In this document: positions 26,306-39,700 of the stretch, piece by piece
Layout: each line of letters begins with the position of its first letter
Numbering within the stretch: position 1 is the first letter of the stretch
DNA from: Eledone cirrhosa
Lineage: Eukaryota
Length of the DNA: 64,000 bases
Direction: 5' to 3'
Assembly (NCBI GenBank): GCA_964016885.1
Contig: OZ024751.1
Location: forward strand, 48,112,001-48,176,000
Made by a program: the position numbers and the translations under genes
The notes under the pieces: model-generated
Seen by the model: only the letters and a program-made list of their open reading frames with translations
Told to the model about the DNA's origin: nothing
The model's database searches: none

Positions 26306-26897
26306 CAAAGTGCGTTTTATAAATTTTGACATAGTCAAGGAACATACTTTAACGGTTGAAGTTTTCCTTGGATAGTATATATATATATATATAGTAATAA
26401 TAATAAATTTATATAATAATAATATATATATATTTATATAAATATATATATATATATTTTAATAAATATATATATATGAATTATAAGAATCAAAGAACTG
26501 TTCAAAACATTTTTATGCTTACAACTGTTTCCTCCAAACCGAGGTTTGGTTTCTTCGGAGCAACTTATTATTGAATGAACACTTATATGACCTCCTTTTC
26601 AACCCAAGAGACATACAAATACATATGCAAATATTGTGGGTCAACATCCATTACACCATTTAGTGTGGCAGTACACATTTAGAGATTACATTCATATTAA
26701 AAGATAAAATCAAAAATACAGGTTAAAATACAACATGGAATTAATGTGATACGATAGTCATAAGCGTTTATTGAGTGCAATAGTTATACGTGTGGCAAGT
26801 ACGTGCGTCTTGTTTATATAGTGTGGCAGAGAGTTACGTGTAATAGAAGCACTTAAACAGGTGATCAAGAGTGTTAAGGGTTCATTCAATAATAAAT

Positions 26898-26944
26898 TGC
26901 TCCGAAGAATCCAAACCTCGGTTTGGAGGAAACAGTTGTAAGCA
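26898..26944 (+). ncRNA. Hammerhead-like motif (family D, CCGAAGA core); inverted copy at 26516-26562 (-)
   Basis: TGCT-CCGAAGA-A TCCAAAC ctcg GTTTGGA G-GAAA-CAGTTG-TA^AGCA. Confidence 0.55.
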
Positions 26945-27158
26945 TAAAAATGTTTTGAACAGTTCTTTGAAAAACCAGATCAGAATCAAATCTCTGGATT
27001 GGAATTTTAAATCACAAACCTTATAACTATATTTTGCTGATACGAACCTAGTTTTTCGTTTCACCACTTATATGTGTCACCACCTATATGTGTAGAATAA
27101 CAGTCGAACATGGATCATCAGTCAGCAAAATGCGAGACTGAATCCTGCACATCTAACC

Positions 27159-27288
<130 letters not shown>

Positions 27289-28588
27289 GAAGTTGGAAAT
27301 AGCACGGGAGATATATTTAAGGGTCTGTTTTTCTTTTTTGATTCGTCAAAGTGACATTATTCAAAAGATAATGTTATTAAAAAAATATTTTATGAAGTAT
27401 ATAAAATATATGAAGAAATTACCGGTTTCGATGTATTAAAATGCATCTTGTCAAATGTAGAGTGTAAAAAATTAAAAAGAGTTGATAGGAGTAAAAAACG
27501 AAAGGTTTAAAATCAAAATCAAAATCAAATTCGAATGTTTGAATAATATTTCTTCCATCCTGCTTGTTGAAAGGTTGGGTGGAGTGAGAGCAGTGGTTGT
27601 TTTTTTGGGGTTTTTTTTTTGCAAGGGAGGAAGTTGTTTTGAAAAAATATCCTGTTTAATGTATTGTTTAATCTAGTGGTCAATATTTCAAAAGGGTGAG
27701 GGGATTGTGAGAGCTGAATTCTGTAGTAGGATGGTATGTGTACATACATACACACACATATATATATATGTGTATAGAGAGCGAGTGTGAGGGTGTACAT
27801 ACAACAGTACGCACATGTGAGTGTGTGTGTATATGTATGTATAAACACGTGTGTGTATGTGTGGGGTTGTTGTGCGTGTGTCTTTTTCAGCCTGTCTGTC
27901 AAAGTTACTTGGGAGGGAGGGGGGGGGGTGCTAGGAAAAAATTATTTTCTCTTCAAAATGCAGAAAATTGTCAAAAGTTAAGAAGTAAAATTCAATGGAT
28001 TACCAGAATCCCAAAATTTAAAAATTAAGAAAATTAAGAAAGCTTTTCCAAAAAAATTTTTTTAATATTTTTCAAAAGAAACTTTTAAAAGTTTAAAAAA
28101 ATATATATATATATTTTCAAAACGAGACACAGTGCGTGTATATATATATAGAGAGAGCTTATCGTTTTAAGTTCTGTTTGAATATTGACTATTCAATATA
28201 TATATATATTTTTTTTGGGGGGGGGGGGGGGGGGGGGGGGTTCCTGTATTAATTTTCCGTTCTTTACTTTTACTTCGTACGATCTTTCATGTAGCTTGTA
28301 TAAGACCTTTTGTTTCGTGGCGGTACCCTTAGAGTTAGCACCAGTATTTTTTTGCGGGACCCTGAATTATATTCTCGTACTAGTTTACTTTCTTGCACTG
28401 GGTGGTTGCTGGCCCTGTGTTTGGGGTTGAAACGTTTATTATTTTCGTGGTAGTCTCTTTAGTATTCTGGCCCCCCTTTTGTTGACCCGTCACTGCACGA
28501 TACACGCACTTATACCTCGTATAAGGGTCCCTTTATTTCCGTCCCACCTAGTTTCTTTCTATTATTATCATTTATTTTTTTATTCTAC

Positions 28589-28671
<83 letters not shown>

Positions 28672-29272
28672 TTATTTATCTATTCTTTTATTCACTTATT
28701 TGTTTATTTATTTATTTATGTATTTCTTCAGCCTAGCAATAGCGAGAGACTTAAGTCTTAGTAACCAGATTTTGCTTATATTTTTTTTTCTCTCTCAGTA
28801 CCTTTTACAGTTTTACCTTTCATTGTTCTACTTACCGTTTCGACCTCCTCCCCAGTATCCTCTTTGACCTCACACCCAGCTGTAGCTGGCACTACCAACG
28901 CATGAATGGGTCTACTCCACCCCCTCTCCCCTTTTTTCTCCTACTGGCAGGTTTAGCTACCCCTTCCCCCACCAACTTGCCATCACAGATTTACTACTAA
29001 CTTGTGATGTGACCAATCCTGGTCAAATCCTGTGACAAATCTCTTTGACCATATATGGAATTACCCCTTGATAAGTTCGGCTATTTAAATACCAGAATTA
29101 ATTTTTCATTCAGTACAGAATTAGCCGTCGAAACGGCTTGAGCTCAGCCTTCGAGGTCTTACTTGTTCCTATATATATATATATATATATATTGAATAGT
29201 CAATATTCAAACAGAACTTAAAACGATAAGCTCTTGTTTTTGGATATGTCACTATCTGTAAAACAATTTTTG

Positions 29273-29333
29273 TATTTTATCAGATGATAGCGTGCCAACA
29301 TTTTGGTGCCCTTGAAATATATATAATAAAATA
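29273..29333 (+). ncRNA. Family A hammerhead with core mutation (CAGATGA)
   Basis: TATTTTAT...GAAA-TATATA-TA^ATAAAATA. Confidence 0.5.
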
Positions 29334-29465
29334 AATATGGTTTTATAAAGATAGTTTCCATTTATTAATATTATTGATATTATACTCCAGAAGAATTCTA
29401 TAGAGTGCTTAGAATCTGTTATAAATAAATTTATTGAATAACCAACAAATTAAATAACTCTTTGC

Positions 29466-29509
<44 letters not shown>

Positions 29510-30379
29510 TGTCACTAGTTACTAGATGTGACATCGAACCCACAAATCAACAGACACCTACCCATTCTCTCTCTCTGTATATATATATATATGTGTATAT
29601 ATATATATATATATATAAACAAAACGCAAATATATATCTATATATATGCGTTTCGTTTCGCTTTTTCTACCAGCCAAAGTGCGATTCTCGCTGAATTTAT
29701 ATTTATATATAAATAGGAAAAAGTATGGCCCCGACGGCGAAGCTCAAGCTGTTTCGACGGCTTGAGCTCTGCCGTTGGGGCCATACTTTTTCCTATTTCC
29801 CACTCTACTACGCTAAGTATTGAGTACTCTGGTGCGTTATGGTCCATCTGGTTCCTTACCACAATTCCTTTGTTATATATATGCGGTGCCCCAGCATGGC
29901 CTCAGCCACATCATATTCACATTTCTAGAAATATTTCAAACTGGACAACAGCCAGGATGATAAACATTGTGTATCTTATTTATATATAAGCAGAAGAAAA
30001 ACGGTGAAATCAGCAAAAGAAGTGTATAAACCATGCAATAATTATTACAGTAATGAAAAAATCGCTTGACTAAAAAAAAAAAAAAAAGGCATACAACCCC
30101 CCACCGCCTCAACAATCCAAGGGAAATAAATCTTGATATAGAAAAACTTTTGTATGCACGAATTGCTTCCCTTGGATTATTACTTGATTCAATATAAAAA
30201 CTTTCTACACCACGTCAAAGTCTCTATTTTGTCGCTCTACCAGCTAAAACAGTTTCTCCGACAAAATAATTAAATAACTATAAGCATTCAGTATCATCTC
30301 AGTAAACGATAAGTGTCTGTTTGCGCGCTAGCACGTCTGTGTGTCTGCGTATCTGAATGTATATGCATGTTTGCACATA

Positions 30380-30830
30380 TATGTCTCCAGCTGATCTGGT
30401 TGGATCCCCAAGCGAGACCAGCCAAGCTCATGGATGTTATCCAACCAACTTGCTCGGAGTCTACTCCTGGGTCTCTTGCCTATTGGTTTTGCCCGTAAAA
30501 TTTGTCCAGCGTTACTTTCCTGAGACATTTTAACCACATGCCCATAGTATTGGTGCTATGACCCCTCAATTCGGAGGTTATATGAGATGGAGAATTAGAA
30601 AGAGACAAATCCGCAACTAGATGAATGGTTTACCGCTGGTCCGCGTTTGGTAAACCTCTGATCTATGAAGTGATCATTTCCTTAGTGGTAATCTGGTGCC
30701 AAACAATTTTCGTTGCCTGACATACTGAAGATCGCAAGCTGTTGAAGTATCGGCCAGTTTCCGATAAAGTTTATCGTTGAACATATAACGATGGTGAAGA
30801 CTTCTGGTGTTCTTTATCCCCATTCTACAT
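30380..30830 (-). mobile_element. 3' remnant of RTE-type LINE
   Basis: YYGHVVKM...GKRPRSRLRASWLDNI, typical of an RTE C-terminus. Confidence 0.6.
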
Positions 30831-31359
30831 CTCTTCTAACTGCTACCGAGTCGGTGTTGGTCACTCTCAGGAGTGAGGACCGCGAGTTCGAATGGCAATT
30901 TCAACGTGTCTCCATCACCACCCTCTACTCTACAAAACTACATACATGACTTATTCACTACAGCTATTAGTTATTTAAAGTCTAAGCTGAAGGCTCACCA
31001 GGCCGGTACTTATCCCCGCTTTTCTTGGTGTTAAATGACTGAGAGTACAAAACTCTCCTTAGGACAGGACACCGGTGTATCGCAGTAAAATCTCCAATTG
31101 CTGGTACTCACTCACTCTCTCTCAAGAATTAAACTTTGTTATCATTTCGATATTTATTTATTGTATGACTATAATTATTAGCATTATTATACATATTACA
31201 ATTATCATTATCAATCTTACTATTTACTTTTTCTTACTAAATATTTTGCTGCTGTCTTTTATTTCAACTTCCGCTTGCTGTAAGTTGAACGTCTTGACCC
31301 CCCCCCCCCCCATCTTGCTAAATCATCATTATTCGCAGTTTATTTAATCCTGGCTTTTG

Positions 31360-31623
31360 ATTGGCTAATATTATACAAGACAGTGGTATGGAAAGTTATG
31401 TGTACATAGAAGCCCCCCACAATTTTAAATTGTAATTGTAATGGGCATCAGAAAATAAAAAAGAGGGAAAAAATATGAATTTTATTATTGTTTCATAAAT
31501 AAAAAAATTTCTACAATAAATTTAAAACTCTGTTTTTAACCTTTATGAGTAGTTATTGCTCCGATTAAAATTCACCAATAGCAACGCAGGAAAATCTCAG
31601 GTAAGTTCCCCTAGTTTCCCGCC
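31360..31623 (+). promoter_or_regulatory. Putative CHAF1A promoter / 5' region: CCAAT boxes, E2F site, possible 5'UTR donor
   Basis: ATTGG at 31360, CCAAT at 31575, CAG|gtaagt at 31600, TTTCCCGCC at 31615-31623. Confidence 0.45.
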
Positions 31624-31899
31624 GAGTTACGAAAAGCAGCTTTGTAATTGCGGAGAAGTTAATGGAAGCCTACATATTTTCTTAATGTCGTCCTCAAAAT
31701 ACAAACATACGGACTGTTATTATTGTTAAGTGTGGAGACCAGAATCGAAGTGAAACAGATCCATAGTAAATATCAGAATATTTGTTTTCAGTCTACATAC
31801 AGATTACATTATCTCTCGTTTGTATTGGATCTGTTTATATTTATATATATATATATGTGTAAATATATTTAAGATCTTTGCCGAGAAAAGAAAGACAAA

Positions 31900-32005
31900 A
31901 TGAGTGATGATTGTTTAAAAATGCTTGTGGCGCCGACTGATAATATTACTCCCAACAATCGTAGCAATGATGGCGACATCACAATCATCACCAACGATAT
32001 GACAG
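31900..32005 (+). CDS. CHAF1A: CHAF1A putative coding exon 1 (MSDDCLKMLVAP...NDMT)
   Basis: ATG, open frame, donor G|gtgagt in phase 1, matching exon 2. Sequence is not conserved enough to confirm; an internal ATG in exon 2 is an alternative start. Confidence 0.7.
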
Positions 32006-33690
32006 GTGAGTGATAGTCTTTTTGAGAGAGAAAGAAATAGTAAGAGTCAGTGACTGAAGTGGAAGAGAAAGAGTGAGAGGTATAGAGAAACGATGGCAGT
32101 GTGTCCCCTAATTTAGATAGGTAGAGAGTTAATGGTAAGAGAACAAGTAAAAGCCATAGAGATATGAGAGAAATTAGATAGATACTTAGATATATGTGAG
32201 AGTTAATTGGCTGAAACTTCAACATGGCAGCATTTGAAGAAGAAAAAATGTAGTCCCAACTTATTTTGACTTTTGTTAAAGTAGTAGGAGGTAAGATATG
32301 TTAGGGTTTTTATCTGTCGATTCAATCCTGTTTGGAAAGTTTTTTCTCATCACTTTTTCTAATTTTATTCTTACAAATAATATATTTAGAGGAAATAACC
32401 CCATATTTTAAGGGCCAGGCAAGTTTTAGAAGGAATCTACAGATGTTATTTTCCAAAAATATCGACAATTAATTCCAAAATGAAGCAACAGTGTTGATTG
32501 TGTAATTAAGCTGTTTGTTTTGTTTTTTTAAGAGGGACGGGCATGATCATCATAACATTTTTTCATTGTCTAAATTTAAAACCTTGCATTTTTTAATCTG
32601 CAATTATTTCTAATATATTTATGATTAGCGATGATTTAAAAAGCCCAAACCATGTATAAAAATTATAACAACTTTGTCTTTTATTCAGAATTTAACACTT
32701 ACGTTTTAGTTCCTTTTATCTTTTGGGGCCTTGCTTGGGTTTTTTGATAATTTGAAGTTATAAATATTTTCGCAGTGTTTTGGAAAACTGCCTCGGAGCT
32801 GAGTTTATAATGTTGAATATAATATTGAAATAATTATTTCTACTTTTGACACAAGGCCAGCAATTACCCCAGTGTATTACTGGTACTTTATTTCATCGAC
32901 CCCGTAAGGATGAAAGGCAAAGTTAACCTCGGCGGGATTTGAACTCAGACCATAAAGGGCCGTATTTATATTGAAATAATTGTTTCTACTTTTGGCACAA
33001 GAAATAATGTTAGAAATTACTATTTCTATATTATGATATCAGTTTCATTTTTTGTTTATTTTTGCCGCGAAAAGCATCATGAATCTCACACCTTCAGGGT
33101 ACCTTCCGTCATACCGCCCCACCCAACTCATATATATATATATATAGTTATAATTTCTATATGAATAAAGTAACGGGGGAGACAGATTTCGGTAAAATTA
33201 TAGAACACTCCTCTCGATTTCAGTGGGAAATAACTATTTTTCCTCGTTATTTTTTGTTTTTGTTTTCTGTCCGTGTGCTAACAACGAATCTGACCTCCAG
33301 ACTTGTCGTAAAAGAACTTTCCCCCCGGAAAATGGAGAAGTTAAAGTGTGTGTATGGGGGGGGGGGGGACTTCCTCTATCCGGAGTTTTCTCTACCATTA
33401 CTTTTTTTTTTTTTCGTGTGTCATAAATGAATCTGATATCCAAACCGGTCGGAAAAGGGGTGGATAGGGAAAACCCTCGGAATTTCGCAGAGCTGCACTC
33501 CTCGCGTTTCGTGGGAAATATAGTTTTTTTAATAGGATTTTTTCGCGTGTTAGCCACGAATCTGACCTCCAAACACACTAACTCTATCCCCTTAACCTAA
33601 CTGTTACTCTTCCGACATTTGTCGTGAGGTACTGATAACTAAAAAACGAATAGCCTATGATCTCGTATGTTCGATCCTTGACCATAACGC

Positions 33691-33730
<40 letters not shown>

Positions 33731-36700
33731 TGGGTGAATTCCCGATGGGTATCGGGAAAGGATAACGGTTGAAAAGGGTTCTCAATACGTAGGTTGAGTG
33801 TTGGCATATATATTTTATATAGAAATGACTCCTACTGAACTAGAACTGTTTCATTCATTTGAAATCATACATATCGTGCAACCATCTTGCTGGTTTGAGA
33901 GCTGATGAGGGTGAAGATGTATGTGTGTAAACTTGTCTTGTACATCGACTTCTTGTCCTCCTCTTTCAATTTTTTCTATATTTCATCTGCCTGTCACCCA
34001 TTGTGTCATGAATGAGGGGTCCTAACAACCCTTTCTGGCATGGTCTTACTTTTTTCTATCTACCAAACTCACTCATCAGGATTATTAAGCACCTAATCCA
34101 CCCTGTAAGGTGGTCATTCTGATGACATGAGAAAAAAAGCACCCAGACCACCCTGTAAAGTGGTGGTTGTGCTGGTAACAGGAGCCAAAGAAGCACCCAG
34201 TCTCTACTGTAAGGTGGTCTTATTGGTAACATAAGAAAGCATCAAATCCACCCTGTAAAGTGGTCATGCTAGTGACATGAGAAAAAAAACACCCAATCCA
34301 CATTAACATGGTGGGCATTAGGAAGCGCATCCAGCCGTAGAAACCATGTTAAAATATAGATCCATATGAGCAAGATGTCACCTGGCCTGACTTGACTTGT
34401 AATATGACAGCCGTTCTAACCCATGCAAACATTGAAAACAAATAGACATTAACCCTTTAGCATTTATATTACTCTATATATACTATTTTCATGGTAAAGG
34501 CTTTACCTCACATACTATCGAATCTATGAGATTTTGATATTATTTATTTTGAGAAAAATACCTTAACATCAGTATGAGAAGCCAGTTACAACCAGTTTAA
34601 ATAGAAAGAGGTGAGAGAATTCTGGCCAGATATGGTTGGTTTAAATGCTAAAGGGCTAAGCAATAATGATGATTTCCAAATATTTTTTTCAGATAAACTT
34701 TCTTCAAAGCTGAAACCAAACATGGCGAGTAAAAAGAAACTTACACAAGGTAATTTGATATACTTTGACATATGATCTCTGTAGAATCTTTTATTGTTTG
34801 TTTAGTCTTGGAACACACCTGACCTAGTAGACCTTTGATTAACCCTTTTCATACTGACCTGTCCCAAACCTCCTCTGGTTCTATGAAACAAAACAACCCA
34901 TTTTACAGAAGTTTGGACTTTTGCTCATTTCTCAGGCATGAAATAGGAGTGGGGGCTGGCTTATATTCGAGTATATACAGTAATTATGCAGAGGTCTTCC
35001 CTTTTGGCTCAAAGTAAATTTGGTTATTATTATCTATCATCTTGAGCCATGTCTTTCTTGGTCTTCCTTCTCTTAATTTTCAAAGCTATGTTTAACCAAA
35101 GTGTCTTAACCCTTTAGCATTTACATTACTCTATGTTTACTATTGTATTTTCCCGTTAAACATTTCATCTCACATAATTACCTCATGAATATCGAATCTA
35201 GGAGATTTTGATATTATTTATTTTAAGAACAATACTCTAAAGTTGGTATGAGCAGCCAGTTACAGCCAGTGAGATATGGCTGGTTTAAATGCTAAAGGGT
35301 TAAGACACATTGGACACATCCAGTTCAACTTTCTCACAGATTTTTTTCCCTCTTGTTATTTACAGCTCTTTTGTCATTCAAACCTCTGGATGTGAAATCT
35401 AGCAAGCCTGTACCTGCGGCATGTTCCAAGAAACGCAAACTGTCCGACCAAGATGGCAGTGCTCTCAACAAATTGACCAAATTTCAGAAGACTAATGTTG
35501 AAAATAAGACCAAACCTCATAGCAATCTTACAAACACTAATACTTCTACTACTACAACTACTACTAACAATAATAACATTAACAACAACACTAACAACAG
35601 TAGTGGTTTTGGTGGTGGTGGTGGTGGTGGTGGTAGTGGTAGTAGTAGTAGTGGTGGTAATATAAATAATAATAAAGCTAATAATAGCAGTAGTATTACT
35701 GAAATGGAAGTGTGTGATGAAGTTATTTCCAGTTCTGGTTCAAGCAGTGTTGCAACACCCATGCAACAGATAGTGAAATCTCATACACTAGACAAGTTCT
35801 TCTCTCCAAGAAATGTCCAAGATGAAATAATATCTAGTTCTACTAATGGTTTTATTGATCTCACAAAGTCTGATGGTGAGGAAAACCCCGATAAGGAGAA
35901 TAAACTGAGAAACAGCTTTAATGAAGATGCTAACTTTACTCTGTTTTCTGATTCACAAGAGAAGGTTAAGGAAAGTTCTCGGGTCACGAAGAGTTCTATA
36001 AGTGACAAGATTCTCAAAGAGAAGTTTGATCAGGCTGTGAAAAGCGAAGTGAAAATTGTTTTGCCCGACTTGGCACTTTGCGACATGTCCATCTGTTCAT
36101 CTCCTATCGATAACAAGCTGATTACGTCTGCATTGTCGAATTCTCCTCTGTCTTGTTCCAAGGCATTGATACTCTCGACATCTGTAGAGCAGAAGGACGA
36201 CTCCAGCTCGGAACTTGATCTCTCTACGTGTGCTACCCCTGGCAACGAACTGTCGTCCAGTAGCAGTTCTGTACACAGTAACTCGGATGAAGAAGAAAAA
36301 GAGAGCACGGCTGCAGAAATGAACCAAACATCAACTCCTTTAGCAAGTACCCCGAAGAACACACAAGTGAAACAAAAGGTAAGTTGCCGTGACCTACATC
36401 ACCACCATTATTCACTTCACTGTTTTAATCATCATCATCACTAAAAACAGCATTGTTTACATAAACAAGTTTAAGATTTCTAGCCTGATTGGATTGTTTA
36501 TATATTATGTATTATTATATTTATATTCTGTTTAGCTCTACACTTCGCTACAGACGTGAATCTAAACATCGAGTGTTCATCTGAATGAACCTGCAGTAAC
36601 TTCATTTTACACTCCCTGTATATATATATAATCTAAAGACATTTTTTTCCAATTCCAACTGGCCTGTCCACTCAATCTATCTTATTTCTCATTCTTTCTT

Positions 36701-39700
36701 CTGATGATGGACTAGTTTCCGAAACGTTAAGACCCTCTTCCTGCTATTTCAAGCATTAACCTAATATATTCCTTCCATATACTGTACCGATTGTGTTGTT
36801 ATTTCTGTTTACCTTTTGCATACATATATATATATCCATATGTGGTTGACGGCTAAGAGAAAAGAGTATTGAATACCAAAGTAGAGTTTTAATATTCATT
36901 TATTAAGGCTAGATAACGAGTCTTGTTTATCACTGTGTGTCTATGTCTGTGGCAGGTGTTAGGAAGGACATCTAGCTATTGAAAGTATGTATGTATTTGG
37001 CTGGTGCGTATGAGCAAGACATGGTCGTTTAACCTGTTTAGCCTCTGAACATTGCAACTTGTCAAACCCATGCACGTATTGAAAATTGTCATTAAAACTG
37101 ATGATGATGATGATATACACACACACACGTATAATAAAAAATAAAATTAACCTTCTCTTCTTGGGTTTGTAATATATTGTTTGTTTTTCTTTTCTTTGTT
37201 AACGCTGTAGAGAAGGAGAACAGATCCTTTGAGACAGAAAATCAAAGAGGAGAGAGAGAACGAAAGGTTGAAAAGAAAAGAAGAGAAGGAGAATGAAAGA
37301 CTACAAAAACTACAGCAAAGGAAAGAAGAGAAGGTGAGGGATTGATCCTGTGCTGAATCTTTAGGACATTTGATTATACCTTTAGCATTTATATTACCCT
37401 ATATTTAATATTGTATTTTCACAGTAAAGGCTTTGTCTCACAAAATATCTCACGTAATATTGAATCTATGAGATTTTGATATTATTTCTTTTGAGAACAA
37501 TATACCTTAACATCAGTTTAAGTGGGTCAATTATGGCCAGTTTGAACAGAATTCTGGCTGGATATGGCCAGTTTAAATGCTAAAGGGTTTACACCCAAGT
37601 CAAGGCTTTATGCACAACACTGGATGGGTGTAGTGTAGCGAGTTCAAATCCTGTTGAAGTTAGCTTTGTCTTTCATCCTCATGGGGTCGATAAAATGAAG
37701 TACCAGTAACGTACTGGTGTTGATATAATCTACTTGCCCGTTCCCCAAAAAATTGTCAGCTATGTGCCTAAATCAGAAACCATTATCGCCGAGGTTAACT
37801 TTGCCTTTCATCCTTACGGGGTCGATAAAATGAAGTACCAGTAACGTACTGGTGTTGATATAATCTACTTGCCCGTTCCCCAAAAATTGTCGGCTATGTG
37901 CCTAAATCAGAAACCATTATCGCTGAGGTTAACTGCCTTTCATCCTTACGGGGTCGATAAAATAAAGTACCAGTAATACACTATGTAATTGCTGGCCTTG
38001 TGCCAAAAGTAGAAACAATTATTATTATTAAATGCAGGGCGGTGGGCAGTATCGGTAGGGGGCTGCTTTGCAACATAGTTACAGCCTTTCATGATCTGAG
38101 TTCAAATTCCACCGAGGTTAACTTTGCCTTTCATCTTTACGGGCTCGATAAGATAAAGTACCAGTAAGGTACTGGGGTCGATTTAATCAACTTTCCCCTC
38201 TCCCAAATTACTGGCCTTGTGCCTAAACTAGAAATCATTATTAAACGCTATGTTGTGTTTCTGTAATACAGGAGAGACGATCTCATGAACGCAATCAGCT
38301 GAAGCTGCAGAAGGATAAGGAACGTATAGAGAAGGAGAAACAGCGAGACAAGGAACGACTGGAGAAAGAAAAGCAGAAAGATGACTTACGGCGTAAAAAG
38401 CAAGATATTATAGAGTGAGCCCTCGTTATCATTTCATCTTTGTTCTAGATTAACATGGCTTAGATCAGAGGTCCCCAACCACCGGGCTGTGGACCAATAC
38501 CGGACTGTGGATCATTTGCTACCAGGCCGCAAAGAAATAATTAACTTGTTTAACCCTTTAGCATTCACATTACTCTATATATACTATTATATTTTCATGG
38601 TAAAGGCTTTACCTCACATAATATGGAATCTATAACATTTTGATGATCTCATTATTTATTTTGAGAACAATACCTTAACCCTTTAGCATTCACATTACTC
38701 TATATATACTATTATATTTTCATGGTAAAGGCTTTACCTCACATAATATGGAATCTATAACATTTTGATGATCTCATTATTTATTTTGAGAACAATACCT
38801 TAACCCTTTAGCATTCACATTATTCTATAGATACTATTATATTTTCATGGTAAAGGCTTTACCTCACATAATATCGAATCTATGAGATTTTGAAAGTATT
38901 TATTTTGAGAACAATACCTTAACATCAGTTTGAGCGACCAGTTACAGCCAGTTTCAACAGAAAGAGGTAGAGAATTTTGGCCGGTTTGAACACTAAAGGG
39001 TTAATGCCAGTTTGAACAAAAAGAAGTGAGATAATTCTGACCAGATATGGCCAGTTTAAATGCTAAAGGGTTAAAATTATATAATAGATAAATTGAATAT
39101 TGGACTTTCATTTAAAGAGATTTGTTTAAATATTCAATATTCATCTACTTTAATAAATAGCTCTTTTTATTATTGCTCTCTCTTTATCGAAATGCACTTA
39201 AATAACATGTGCAACTACCGGTTCACAGAAAGATTGTCCGGCATGAAGCTGGTCCGTGGTATAAAAAAGGTTGGAGACCACTGGCTTAGATAATATCTTT
39301 TCTACATCTAGATATTATAGAGTGAGTCCTTGTTATCATTTTATCTTTGTTCTAGATTTCCATGGCTTAGGTGACATCTTTTCGACATCTAGCGGTCCAT
39401 TTGCTTCACTCTCCAACTGGCATCAATTTTCTTTTCTTTTCTTTTTTCCAGTGCAAAACAGGAGGAAAAACGTAAGAAAGATGAGGAAAAGAAAATGAAA
39501 GAGGAGGAGAAAGTGAAGGAGAAGGAAGAGGAGGTAAGATATTGTTTGTATATAATATATATATATATATATCTGTGACTGTGGCTTAGTGGTTAGAGTG
39601 TTTGGTTCATGATCGCAAGGTCTTGAGTTTGATTCCAACTGGCGCTTTGTGTCATTGAGTAAGACACTTTATTTTATGTTGCTCCAGTCAACCCAGCTGG

